Virus record (IMG/VR): IMGVR_UViG_3300036823_000120
Location: 30,583-94,582 of that record
Strand: one strand, 5' to 3'
DNA: 64,000 bases
From: a virus
The translations under genes and the position numbers were made by a program. Below, in pieces: positions 44,324-54,064 of the stretch (its first letter is position 1; each line of letters opens with the position of its first letter). Under the pieces are notes generated by a model. The model was given only the letters and a program-made list of their open reading frames with translations. It was not told the origin of the DNA and did not search any database.

Positions 44324-44812
44324 TTACTCCGGTGTGTCTGTATAGAGTTCGTAATGGGCTTCAGCGACAGCTTGATACACTTCTGTCGTTTCGTTGATTC
44401 TACCGAAGTCACTAACTTTGATTTGATCTGACGGTATAAGCTGTAAAGCTCCTAAAAAACTTCCGTCATCGAGCGAATCTTTATCTGTGTTTCCAATGCG
44501 ATAAACGCATATATCTCTATTTAGCATTTGAGCAGCTATACCTTGTAAATTATGCCGCTCATAAAAATCATCTTCTGATCTAGTAGAATTAACAAGAATG
44601 TTAATTTCAATGTAGTGACGGTAGCAACCTTTTGTTAAAGGTTTTGTGTATGGCCCGTCAATACGAAGTTCAAAGTGTTTATCCTTTTGACTTGTATCTG
44701 GGTCCATACCCTCAACGTATACGTGTATTCCTTCATTATACTCTTTAAAAAGCTTAATGATGGAAGCTGTCACCCATCGTTTTATATTTCTAATCGTATC
44801 AGTTGAGTTCAA
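44324..44812 (-). CDS. tail terminator-like protein
   Basis: Position immediately upstream of the tube gene and size. Confidence 0.55.
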   Translation of the reverse strand: MNSTDTIRNIKRWVTASIIKLFKEYNEGIHVYVEGMDPDTSQKDKHFELRIDGPYTKPLTKGCYRHYIEINILVNSTRSEDDFYERHNLQGIAAQMLNRDICVYRIGNTDKDSLDDGSFLGALQLIPSDQIKVSDFGRINETTEVYQAVAEAHYELYTDTPE

Positions 44813-45284
44813 AGCTTACTCCATGTTGGAGTTGCAAACCACTTGAAACTTTTGGTCTTATTATATCGTATGGTTTGCCACCTTCTACTCCTTTAGCTGA
44901 AAGCATGAAAGCAACTTCATGCTCAATAAGATCAAACTCTGTTTTTTCATAACGTTTGTCGTTGTACACCAAATAACCGTCAAGACTAATATTCAATCCT
45001 TTTGGAAAGTCATCAATGTCAATCAAAAACTTTATTTCATTATAGTCGTTGAACGCACCATAAGTAAAGTTTTTATTAGCCGCCAAGTATCCAATATCTT
45101 GAATAAATTTACGACTAATTCGACGAGGAAGTACGACAACATCAATTAAAAAATCTTGTTTTATAAAATCTCTTTTACCTGTCTCAACATCAAGATCAGA
45201 TTGGACAATCACTATATACCTAATTTTAGCACCATAATCTTTTTTAAATTGATAAAGCAAATCTTTTATGAACTTATTATTCAT
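44799..45284 (-). CDS. head-closure-like protein
   Basis: Position and DVETG motif. Confidence 0.55.
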   Translation of the reverse strand: MNNKFIKDLLYQFKKDYGAKIRYIVIVQSDLDVETGKRDFIKQDFLIDVVVLPRRISRKFIQDIGYLAANKNFTYGAFNDYNEIKFLIDIDDFPKGLNISLDGYLVYNDKRYEKTEFDLIEHEVAFMLSAKGVEGGKPYDIIRPKVSSGLQLQHGVSFELN

Positions 45285-45601
45285 GGTCGTCTTTCTTGCT
45301 CTTGTTCAAGTCTCTGATTCATAAGTCTTAACGCCGTAGTTTGTTCAGTCGACGCTTTTGACAATTCATCGAGAACTTTTTCTAATTTCTCGACACGAGT
45401 ATCAGAATTCTTGATAATCAAGTTCAAGTTTGTTGCATAATTTGTATAAGCTTCTGCTTGAATATCTTTCATAATGGCAGCAATTTCTTTCTTACCCTCG
45501 TTCATTATTTGAAAAATCTGAGGAAGCCTGTATACTAATAAAGCTAATACACCAATAGCTCCTATATTGGTGAGTAAGCTTTTCAGGTCACCATCAGGCA
45601 T
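45281..45601 (-). CDS. single-TM coiled-coil protein (holin-like)
   Basis: IGAIGVLALLVY hydrophobic segment then coiled coil. Start moved to MPDGDL. Confidence 0.55.
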   Translation of the reverse strand: MPDGDLKSLLTNIGAIGVLALLVYRLPQIFQIMNEGKKEIAAIMKDIQAEAYTNYATNLNLIIKNSDTRVEKLEKVLDELSKASTEQTTALRLMNQRLEQEQERRP

Positions 45602-45621
45602 GGCAGTTACCTTCGGTAAAG

Positions 45622-45651
45622 AAGGATCAGTTAAAGTATCAACTGATCCTT
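45622..45651 (-). terminator. hairpin terminator after the capsid gene
   Basis: aaggatcagtt/aactgatcctt 11-bp stem. Confidence 0.65.
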
Positions 45652-45674
45652 TTTCCTGTGGAAAAGCTTGACAA

Positions 45675-47063
45675 TCAACCAAGGAGGATAGCACCAAGAT
45701 TATCGTTGATAACGCTAATACCCGCGAGGAAGTCAAAATTCCAAACATGTTGTTGCTTATAGATATCATATCCGATTACCACACGCATCGGAATACTCTT
45801 ATAGTTCAATGTGGCACTTTTTGCTCCAGTTCCATCGATAACTGGGGCGAGAGGACGAACAGCTAATGTCATTGCATTTTTATTGAATGCAAAATTATAG
45901 GCACCATTTGGCCCAACATTTACAGCGTCATTGTCAGCAATATCAGCTTCCAAACCACGATCTAGAGTTATACCAACAGTACCATTAACACGAATAATAG
46001 TATATGGAGTTGCTGTATTTGCAAACGTAACAAACTGACCAACCTTTGGAGCAACAGAGAAACCGTCAACTGTAATTTCTTTATCATAATCAGCAGCGTA
46101 ACCTGCCGTCAAATTAACTGCACCTGGCGTATAAACAAGAATCGGAGCATTATCAAGAACAGCACGCTTTAGACCACCAGCAATAACAATAGCAGTAGTT
46201 GGAGTAGTACCTGTACGAGCTGTAACATGATACGGAATACCATCTAAATCAATCCAAGTACCTGCAGTAATTTCACCAGTACCAGTGTCAACAGTTAAAG
46301 CTGTTGCACCAATGCCGTAACCAGCAGCATTATTTACTTGGAATGTTCGATAGCTAGTAAAGTTCAGAACGTTACTCATATTTAACGACTTAAAAAAGTC
46401 GAAACCGAGCTTACGGCCAATGCTAGCCTCTCGCAAAGCTGTGCCATTATCACCAACTTTTTCAGCAGATGTGAACCATTCAGGACGAAGACAATCACCT
46501 TCAGTCTTTGGAGTCAAAACGAGTTGACGACCAACTTCTGGAACTTTGTTTTCGTCCATCACTTGACGTAAGTCAATAATGGCGTCCTTGATATTGTCCT
46601 TAGTAAGACCACCAATCTTACCAGCAATATTAGCAAGGAATCGAGGATATTGACCAAATACGATTCGATCAAGAGCACGAGCCAAAGCTAAAGCAGCAGG
46701 CTTTGCATAGACATTTTGTAATGTCCACATACTCATAGAACGTTCAACATCCTTGATACTAAAAGCAACATGGATATGTTGATCTAACTTAACTTGCATA
46801 TTTCCAGAATTCAAATCTTGAATCGTAATCTCGTCGTTCTTCGACTTTCGATAAGCATCAAAGTCACCAACAGTTGGAATATTTACAACATCACCAAACT
46901 GTTGAAACTTATCTTCAAAGCTACGATCAATCATAGAGGGAGCAATTAAATTCTCATTCAAATTATAGAGAACTTCATTAGCCCACCATTCAGGAATGAA
47001 TGGATCAATTTGATTATCAAAATAAAGCTTCGTCTTTACCGTCAGTCGAATTTGCAATTGCAT
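45675..47063 (-). CDS. major capsid protein (P22 coat-like) with inserted domains
   Basis: FIPEWWA..., GDVVNIP, PAALALARALD, VPEVGRQLV, GRKLGFD, AFNKNAMTLAVRPL, FDFLAG. Confidence 0.9.
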   Translation of the reverse strand: MQLQIRLTVKTKLYFDNQIDPFIPEWWANEVLYNLNENLIAPSMIDRSFEDKFQQFGDVVNIPTVGDFDAYRKSKNDEITIQDLNSGNMQVKLDQHIHVAFSIKDVERSMSMWTLQNVYAKPAALALARALDRIVFGQYPRFLANIAGKIGGLTKDNIKDAIIDLRQVMDENKVPEVGRQLVLTPKTEGDCLRPEWFTSAEKVGDNGTALREASIGRKLGFDFFKSLNMSNVLNFTSYRTFQVNNAAGYGIGATALTVDTGTGEITAGTWIDLDGIPYHVTARTGTTPTTAIVIAGGLKRAVLDNAPILVYTPGAVNLTAGYAADYDKEITVDGFSVAPKVGQFVTFANTATPYTIIRVNGTVGITLDRGLEADIADNDAVNVGPNGAYNFAFNKNAMTLAVRPLAPVIDGTGAKSATLNYKSIPMRVVIGYDIYKQQHVWNFDFLAGISVINDNLGAILLG

Positions 47064-47064
47064 T

Positions 47065-47895
47065 TTATTTTCCTTGTGTTGCACGCCATTTCATAAATTC
47101 TTCAGTGGACATTTTTGTTGGGTCGGCCCCATTGCCATTATTTCCACCAGAATTACCATTGTAATTATTTCCACCCAAACCACCACGCCCATCAGTTTCA
47201 AAAAGATTAGCAAAATCAGAATTTTCACGTAACTTACCAATTGCTTCAGAAATTGGAAGTTCGAGTTTGACTTTTTGCTTAGTTTTAGGGTCAGTTACAT
47301 CAACTGTCATCTTAGCAATCCAATTACCGCTAGGCTTACCTTGATCATCAATCTCTTCAACAACTTTTCCTTGACTTGAGAACATCATTTGTAATTGTGT
47401 TGCACTAAGAGCCTTATGTTGAATAGCTCCTGTACTTATAGCATTCTGAATCATTGTATTTTCGAACCGATTCTTCCAAACATTTTCTTTTTCAATAAGT
47501 TGTTTTGTTTCAGTTTCATATTTCTTCTTTAACTTATTATATTCTTCTTGAGTTTGCTGCTCTTTTGTAAGATGTTGTTGTGAAAGCGTATTAATTCGAG
47601 CTTCTAGTTCATCACGTTGCTGTTGAGTCAAACTTTGATTGTTTCGTAAAGCTTCAAGTTGTTCGATAAGTTCCTTATTTTGATTTTGCAAACCTTTCCT
47701 ATGTTCAGCCATAAGCTTATCTACTTCTTCCTGAGTAAAAATTTTACCAGGAGGAGGTGGAGGCACAGTTGGCGGAACAACTGGAGGTGGAGGCACAGTT
47801 GGCGGAACAACTGGAGGAACAGCCGGAGGATCGTTATAATACAAACGATTCACCGATTTGAGAAGAACACAAGCCTTAATGTCCTGAAGAGTCAT
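47065..47895 (-). CDS. capsid scaffolding protein
   Basis: Pro-rich linker, KIFTQEEVDK, coiled coil, NLF...GG, KMSTEEFMKWR. Confidence 0.85.
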   Translation of the reverse strand: MTLQDIKACVLLKSVNRLYYNDPPAVPPVVPPTVPPPPVVPPTVPPPPPGKIFTQEEVDKLMAEHRKGLQNQNKELIEQLEALRNNQSLTQQQRDELEARINTLSQQHLTKEQQTQEEYNKLKKKYETETKQLIEKENVWKNRFENTMIQNAISTGAIQHKALSATQLQMMFSSQGKVVEEIDDQGKPSGNWIAKMTVDVTDPKTKQKVKLELPISEAIGKLRENSDFANLFETDGRGGLGGNNYNGNSGGNNGNGADPTKMSTEEFMKWRATQGK

Positions 47896-47897
47896 AG

Positions 47898-48419
47898 TTA
47901 ATCTACCCTACATAATTGTAATCCCAATCTTGGTTGCAGATAAGCATACAAGAGGTTCCAAGCTGTTGGGCTAGGAATACCATGTACAATGTACAGTGGG
48001 ACTGACCCGGACTTGTAGTCTGTCCGTACTGGGCCATACACCTGAGTTTGCTTATAAAGATTATCCCGCTCAGTATCGGGATTAATCCCTTTGAGGAGAA
48101 CCAATGCTAACTCATACGTGGCTTCCTCAATAGCTACCGGGATTTCTGTGTCCCGTCCACGCGGAAATTGCAAAGGCTGAGATTCATAGGCTTTATAACC
48201 CGTAAAATTCAGTAAATCAATTCGTTTTGTAGCTGAAACTAATGCTTGCAGCTTTCTTGTTCTATCAGTATCTGACCATCTCATGCCATGAAGTAACATT
48301 GAGAAATAGTTATCAGCTTTTTCAATAGAACCATAGATTGGAAGTGTAGTTAGGTTATTTACACTAGCTGATTGACCAATCCAAAAGTTAGTTATTACCT
48401 CCCTTATTATAGTTGCCAT
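47898..48419 (-). CDS. head-tail adaptor (DnaT-like family)
   Basis: ADNYF...ALVSATKRID...QPLQFPR...IPVAIEEATYELA. Confidence 0.75.
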   Translation of the reverse strand: MATIIREVITNFWIGQSASVNNLTTLPIYGSIEKADNYFSMLLHGMRWSDTDRTRKLQALVSATKRIDLLNFTGYKAYESQPLQFPRGRDTEIPVAIEEATYELALVLLKGINPDTERDNLYKQTQVYGPVRTDYKSGSVPLYIVHGIPSPTAWNLLYAYLQPRLGLQLCRVD

Positions 48420-48433
48420 TAGTCATGCCCCTA

Positions 48434-50410
48434 TTAGTTAATTCTAACGCCCTCAAAGCTAAGTGTAACTTTGAATTTATTTTTACCAGCTATTTCACTA
48501 GCTTCCCAATAACTATCTTCACTAAAAGTGAATGGATTAGAGTTAAAAAGTACAAACCAAATTTCACCTTTCCAATTTTCTAAATAGAAAGGTGTAGCAT
48601 TGTATTCTCTAATAAAAGCTTTTAATTCATCAACTTTCAAGCTTTGAATTATAAAAGTATAATCTAAAACTCTTCGTTCTGTATCTTTTTTATAGACCTT
48701 TTTGTCACCAGTTTTAAATCTTACAATATTAATTGAACCTGTAAAAGCATCTGTATCGTCGAACTCAGGCATTGGTAATGTAATTGCTTTAGTAGTTCCT
48801 CTCAAAACTACTAATTTTTTCACAACAATACCTTGTGCAATTGGTACTGTAACTGTCCCAATTCCACCGCCGCCAGGACCACTACCAATAAATCCAATAT
48901 ATTTTTGAAAACTGTTTTTGAAAACTAATTGATTTCCAACATTAAAATGTAAAACTTTATTTACATTTGCAATTTGTTGAAAACTAAGTGCTTGAGTATT
49001 TGGACGTTCAACGGTCCTCTCTTGATCGACATTATGACTAAAATCAATTTCACTAGTTAATGTTTCAAAATATCGAGACTTAACAAGCTCATCAGATAAA
49101 TTGAAAATATTAGACGCTTCTGCTGTTCGTATACGTTGCTTTGTTAGAGTTTGAGCGAAACTTAATATACTTTGAGCAGTCAGAGCCTTAATTCTATTGA
49201 CACTAATCTGTTGCACAAAGAAAGCTGTACTTTTTGCATTTCTATTAAAAACTGCATTATAACTTGCAATTCCAATAGGATCAAAGAAATCTTCGGCACC
49301 ATTAACTTTATCAACAGTTACTATTTGAATGAAAGTTAATGTATTTTGTGTTCCACGAACTACATTTTCTATAATACTTTGTGAGAGTGTTAATACACTT
49401 GTCAAATCACGTCGAAACGTATTTGGACCAAGATGTACAGTTTGGAATGGTTGAAATAAGCTATGTAAGCTTTTTCCAAGAACTGTATTTCTTTCTACAG
49501 TTTGAGTTATAACGAATGTATTTTTAGCTAATTTACTAACAAAAACATCTGCTATTTGACTAAAAACAAGATTATTATTTGCATATTTTGAATTAGTATA
49601 AGTAGTTGTTTCGTAAAAAGTCAATGTACTATTAACTGACTTAATAGAAATCTTATTTTTTAAAGCTTGACTTGTAAAGACTAAAGTCGAAATAATACTT
49701 GTAACAATATCTTTTTCAACTTCAGTATCTTGGTCGAAAAGCAAATTATTTGACGCAATAACAGGGTGAAATTTATTTTCAGAATCGTTCTGACTGAAAG
49801 GTAATTCATTATTAGTTTCTAAATCGAAAGTACGATTCAATCTGTGATCAAGATCAAAAGTATCTTGAATATCAAAATTCAAAATTAATTGAACTTGAAC
49901 AGTTTGACTTAAATTTAAAGTATTTGAAGGACTTTTAAATATACTGCCATGAATCTCATATTCAGCTAATTGAGAAAAGCTTATAGTGCTTAATACTGAC
50001 TGATTATGAACTAAAATAACATCAACATTTTGACTTAATTCAAAATCGCTACTAGTTGTATCAGTAGTAACTTCACCTTCAACTGCTTCACCAATAAAGG
50101 TGATTGTATTACTTCCTGATCTTGGATATATTCCATTAACTAAAGGCGTCTGCGTAAATGTTAAAGTATTACTAGCATCTACATTATTTACAATTGATGT
50201 TGGATTAGTAATAACTTCAACGTACTGTTGAAATAATCTTGATGCTACATTAGAAACAGTTAAAACTTCAGCATATTGCTGAAATAAGCGCCCTGAGCCA
50301 GTTCCTTGAGATAAAGCTTCAACGTACTGCTGAAACAAACGACCACTAGCAGTACCTGTAGTTACAACTTCAACGTACTGTTGGTATAGTCGTGCATTGC
50401 CAGCAGCCAT
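48434..50410 (-). CDS. LxFxQ-repeat virion protein with Dit-like C-terminus
   Basis: Four RL(F/Y)QQY repeats, many LxFxQ repeats, C-terminus similar to 36475..36843. Confidence 0.75.
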   Translation of the reverse strand: MAAGNARLYQQYVEVVTTGTASGRLFQQYVEALSQGTGSGRLFQQYAEVLTVSNVASRLFQQYVEVITNPTSIVNNVDASNTLTFTQTPLVNGIYPRSGSNTITFIGEAVEGEVTTDTTSSDFELSQNVDVILVHNQSVLSTISFSQLAEYEIHGSIFKSPSNTLNLSQTVQVQLILNFDIQDTFDLDHRLNRTFDLETNNELPFSQNDSENKFHPVIASNNLLFDQDTEVEKDIVTSIISTLVFTSQALKNKISIKSVNSTLTFYETTTYTNSKYANNNLVFSQIADVFVSKLAKNTFVITQTVERNTVLGKSLHSLFQPFQTVHLGPNTFRRDLTSVLTLSQSIIENVVRGTQNTLTFIQIVTVDKVNGAEDFFDPIGIASYNAVFNRNAKSTAFFVQQISVNRIKALTAQSILSFAQTLTKQRIRTAEASNIFNLSDELVKSRYFETLTSEIDFSHNVDQERTVERPNTQALSFQQIANVNKVLHFNVGNQLVFKNSFQKYIGFIGSGPGGGGIGTVTVPIAQGIVVKKLVVLRGTTKAITLPMPEFDDTDAFTGSINIVRFKTGDKKVYKKDTERRVLDYTFIIQSLKVDELKAFIREYNATPFYLENWKGEIWFVLFNSNPFTFSEDSYWEASEIAGKNKFKVTLSFEGVRIN

Positions 50411-50411
50411 A

Positions 50412-51497
50412 TTATGTACTCACCTTCAATCCAAACTCTGCGGCATCTACATCAGATTTTGTCCATCCTGATGAGGTTCCGGGATTGGTTTCATACACTT
50501 GTTGATTATTAACAGTAGATGCAGAAAGCAAAAGTTCTGTACCATCATAATCTGTACCACTATGACGCACAACAGGCTTAACACCTCTTGGATCAGTATC
50601 AGTTTTAGTGACAACTGAATTAATAGTCAAGCCCTTAATCGTTGTTGTCGCTGCTACAGTATCAGTATAACCATAAGTGTCTTTATTACCAGATGTAGTT
50701 CCATCATTATAATCAGCAGTATTTAATGGAATATCATCAACTTGTTGAAAATTATTAACAGTATTACCGTCAGACCCAGTAAATTGACTAGTATTGCCAT
50801 TAGCACTCGGCGAAAGCGTTTGAATTCGTACTGGTCCAAGTGGAGCATTATTTACTGATCCAGTAAGATCAATAAGATAATGGTCATCAAAGAAACTAAT
50901 AGCATTAGTACCAGTTGTAGTTGTTGGTGTATCGCCACCAAACGCATAGTGAGTAGCATAAGCATTTGCAGTATTTTTAGTATCAGTTGTTGCTGCTAAA
51001 TTAAGTACATCTGTACCATCAATGTATACAATAACGTCATTTGCAGATATACTATCTGAAATTTTCCACTTTAACTCGATATAGTACCAAGTATTTGGTA
51101 ATAGAGCAAAAGTAGAAGTGCCAAGAATATTTGAATGCGATGTTCTGTATACTGAAAGAGTACCATCAGCATTTGCTTTTAGTCCCATTTGTACATTTGA
51201 TGTTGTATCAAATAATACAATAAGATTTCTATTATATGTAGTTAAATGAGTTGCAGTTTTAAATGCAACACCAATAACTCCAGATGCAAGATTAGAACCA
51301 ATTGCACGACGAATATAATTATTGAAAATTGAGCTAGTATTTTGTGTCCAATAATTACCTGAACCTGTCCCAAAACGTAAGTCACCACTAACTGCTGCAA
51401 CTGATCCATTGCTAGAATCAAACCATTTACCAAAAGCAACATAGTTACTTGCAAGATTAGTAGACCAATCAAAGCCCTCAGTAAAGAGGAGTGCCAT
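50412..51497 (-). CDS. beta-sandwich (LamG-like) virion protein
   Basis: Thr/Ser/Gly-rich, with NTWYYIELK and FFDDHY motifs. Confidence 0.65.
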   Translation of the reverse strand: MALLFTEGFDWSTNLASNYVAFGKWFDSSNGSVAAVSGDLRFGTGSGNYWTQNTSSIFNNYIRRAIGSNLASGVIGVAFKTATHLTTYNRNLIVLFDTTSNVQMGLKANADGTLSVYRTSHSNILGTSTFALLPNTWYYIELKWKISDSISANDVIVYIDGTDVLNLAATTDTKNTANAYATHYAFGGDTPTTTTGTNAISFFDDHYLIDLTGSVNNAPLGPVRIQTLSPSANGNTSQFTGSDGNTVNNFQQVDDIPLNTADYNDGTTSGNKDTYGYTDTVAATTTIKGLTINSVVTKTDTDPRGVKPVVRHSGTDYDGTELLLSASTVNNQQVYETNPGTSSGWTKSDVDAAEFGLKVST

Positions 51498-51524
51498 ATT
51501 ATTCTCCTTAAAGAGAGCTTTTAG

Positions 51525-51722
51525 TTATGCTGCTTCAAGAACACCAATACGAGTTTCAAGATCTTTAATATAAGCTTGCATTGCAATTACTTCAGAAACA
51601 ATTCGTGCCCAGTCTTGCCAATCAGGAGAAGACTTTGTACCACGATCATCCCTACTAGGACTTTCTCCATCCCAAATATCAGTTGGAAAACTTGCAGTAG
51701 GAATTGCTGGTCCGACAGACAT
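51525..51722 (-). CDS. small coiled-coil virion protein
   Basis: 65 aa ending EVIAMQAYIKDLETRIGVLE. Confidence 0.65.
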   Translation of the reverse strand: MSVGPAIPTASFPTDIWDGESPSRDDRGTKSSPDWQDWARIVSEVIAMQAYIKDLETRIGVLEAA

Positions 51723-51736
51723 TTGATTTCTTTCAA

Positions 51737-53560
51737 TTACGCAGCAGGCCCACGAGTCTGTGAACCGCCACTAGTTGGATTAGTGTCTGGATTTTGTGAA
51801 TTCTGCTTTTCAATTTTTGATTGAGTAGGATCACCGCCAACGCCTCTAGCAGCACCTACACCAGAACTTTGAGCAGCAGCAATTTGAGCCATACGTTCAG
51901 TGTATTCTTCTTCAGCAATTGGCACAACTGTTTTACCATCATAGCCACGAGCATAAGAAGCTGTTGTTTTATCAACGATGCCTGCTTCAACGTCCATTTG
52001 AATTTCTTTTGCATCACTTGTTATATAACCTGCATCATCTATTTCTTTATCAATTTTAATTAAAACTTCAGCTCGAACCTTACCTGAAAGCATAGTATGA
52101 GCAATCTGTTTACCAATTTCTTTTGCAAAAGTTAAAGATGGTGCTGCCCCTTTAAGGTCTTTAAGAGATTTCGCTTCATTTTGCCTATCCGAGTCACTTT
52201 TAACATCATATTTACGCGGATAATTGACCTCTGCAACTTCTTTTGAATTTTCATACATTGCCCATAATTTAGCGATACGACGTTCGCCATATTCAAGTTC
52301 AAGGCCAATTCCGCTTAGACCATTTTCTAGACCTGACTTATCTTCTTTCTTTGAATCGGCACTTGCATGTTGTGGAGCAACATTCGACATTGCTAAATTA
52401 ATAATTTGACGAAGTTCATCTTTCATTTGAGCTTGCTTTTCCATGCTCGCCATCATTGGAGCACTTGGAGGAGCAATAAAATCAGGAGCATTTAGACCTT
52501 TACCGTATCTTCTACCAGTAATACCACCAGTTTCGACTTCAGAACCACTTGCAGATGTCCCAGCTAAGCTTTGAGTACCTCTTTGAGCAGCATCAAGCTT
52601 TGAGCGGTCAATAAGTGGATTATTTATATCAATTTTAGGTGTTATAGGCACGCGACTGAATGTTTGTTCAGTTAATTGGTCATATTGCTCAACATAAAAT
52701 ACAAAATTAGCTGTTAAAGCATAATTTAAATCAGCAGAAGCTAAATTTAGCAAGCCAATTTGATAATTACCAATATCTTCCATCAAACTTCCACCAATAT
52801 CCATCATAACAAATGGAATTTCAGTGAGATTCAAGTCATATTGATTAATAGACTTAACTTTTTTCTGATCAATTGGATCTTGTTCATTTTCGTCAATATA
52901 TTCGATCCAATCTTCAACTGAAACATAGCCATCTTCATTAATCCAAAAGTGACGATATACTTCATTATAAGCAATTGGAAGATTAGATTCTGGGTCAACT
53001 TCTAAAAGATTAGTGCGAAGAAGTAGATTCGTGAATATTTCATCATTTTCAGCATATCTTGAGTCCCAACTCAAGATATTTTCTCTAGTATAATAATATA
53101 AATAAGGTCTTTTGTTCTTATTTAAATCCAACCGAGGATCATCAATACGACTTTTATCAACAATTACACCAACTTTACCCATAATCATAAGTTCAGTCAA
53201 AACATCTTGACCAATATAAGCATTCATTGAAGAACCATGAAGATCAACACCAGCCGTAAAGCCTGTAATTGCTTCTTGGTAATTGTCAGGACCACCTAAT
53301 CGATTAATTTCGCTCATTCGTTGGTAGATACTGTTTCTTATCTCATTAATAGCTGCACGAGCAAATGATGGCGAATATGCCATTGCTAAGCGTCGTTGAT
53401 AATTTGGATCACTTTCACGAATAGAAAAACGTTGTAAATAACGATGAATGAAAGCATCACCAGAGTTATAGCAAAGTCGCCACTTGTAAAAATCATCAAA
53501 CTCCAGACAATAATCCGGATGTCTTATCTCTGTTATAAGTCTTTTCTTTTTCTTTGCCAT
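51737..53560 (-). CDS. portal protein
   Basis: RHPDY...YLQRFS.RE...YQRRL, VDLHGSS, RPYL..Y, EIPFV. Follows the terminase. Confidence 0.88.
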   Translation of the reverse strand: MAKKKKRLITEIRHPDYCLEFDDFYKWRLCYNSGDAFIHRYLQRFSIRESDPNYQRRLAMAYSPSFARAAINEIRNSIYQRMSEINRLGGPDNYQEAITGFTAGVDLHGSSMNAYIGQDVLTELMIMGKVGVIVDKSRIDDPRLDLNKNKRPYLYYYTRENILSWDSRYAENDEIFTNLLLRTNLLEVDPESNLPIAYNEVYRHFWINEDGYVSVEDWIEYIDENEQDPIDQKKVKSINQYDLNLTEIPFVMMDIGGSLMEDIGNYQIGLLNLASADLNYALTANFVFYVEQYDQLTEQTFSRVPITPKIDINNPLIDRSKLDAAQRGTQSLAGTSASGSEVETGGITGRRYGKGLNAPDFIAPPSAPMMASMEKQAQMKDELRQIINLAMSNVAPQHASADSKKEDKSGLENGLSGIGLELEYGERRIAKLWAMYENSKEVAEVNYPRKYDVKSDSDRQNEAKSLKDLKGAAPSLTFAKEIGKQIAHTMLSGKVRAEVLIKIDKEIDDAGYITSDAKEIQMDVEAGIVDKTTASYARGYDGKTVVPIAEEEYTERMAQIAAAQSSGVGAARGVGGDPTQSKIEKQNSQNPDTNPTSGGSQTRGPAA

Positions 53561-54045
53561 TAGTGTACCTCATTGAGGCAAGCAAACGCCCCGTGATACT
53601 TAATTGCTGCCTCATTGTACGCTAAAGCTGCTTGCTTTTCATCTTCAAAGTTTCCAATGAAGATTTCTTTACGATTTAAGACAATTTTAGCACGAAATTT
53701 GTCTTTAATCCTATCGAAGTAGACTCCTTTGTATTGGCTACTACCAATTACAAGCTTTCTACTATTCATAGAGTTTTGACTGTTAGTCGCAACTCTAAGG
53801 TTTGCTCGTTGACTATCAAGCTTATCGCCATCAATATGATCCACTTTTAAATTTTGATCAAAATTGAGTCTCTTTGCAATAATAAGATGCAATGTTTCTC
53901 TATGTTTTGTAAGAGAATAGATTCTACTACTCTCATATACATAACTATCTTTTGGATTCAAATACCAAGTAGCAAAAAGTAAGAGATCAGAATCTTCATC
54001 ACTTATGAAGAATTCATATCTATTTGTTGTCTTACCAATTTTCAT
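53560..54045 (-). CDS. HNH-AP2 homing endonuclease
   Basis: VDHIDGDKLDSQRANLR plus AP2 domain. Confidence 0.9.
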   Translation of the reverse strand: MKIGKTTNRYEFFISDEDSDLLLFATWYLNPKDSYVYESSRIYSLTKHRETLHLIIAKRLNFDQNLKVDHIDGDKLDSQRANLRVATNSQNSMNSRKLVIGSSQYKGVYFDRIKDKFRAKIVLNRKEIFIGNFEDEKQAALAYNEAAIKYHGAFACLNEVH

Positions 54046-54064
54046 AATCTTATCCTTAATTTAA

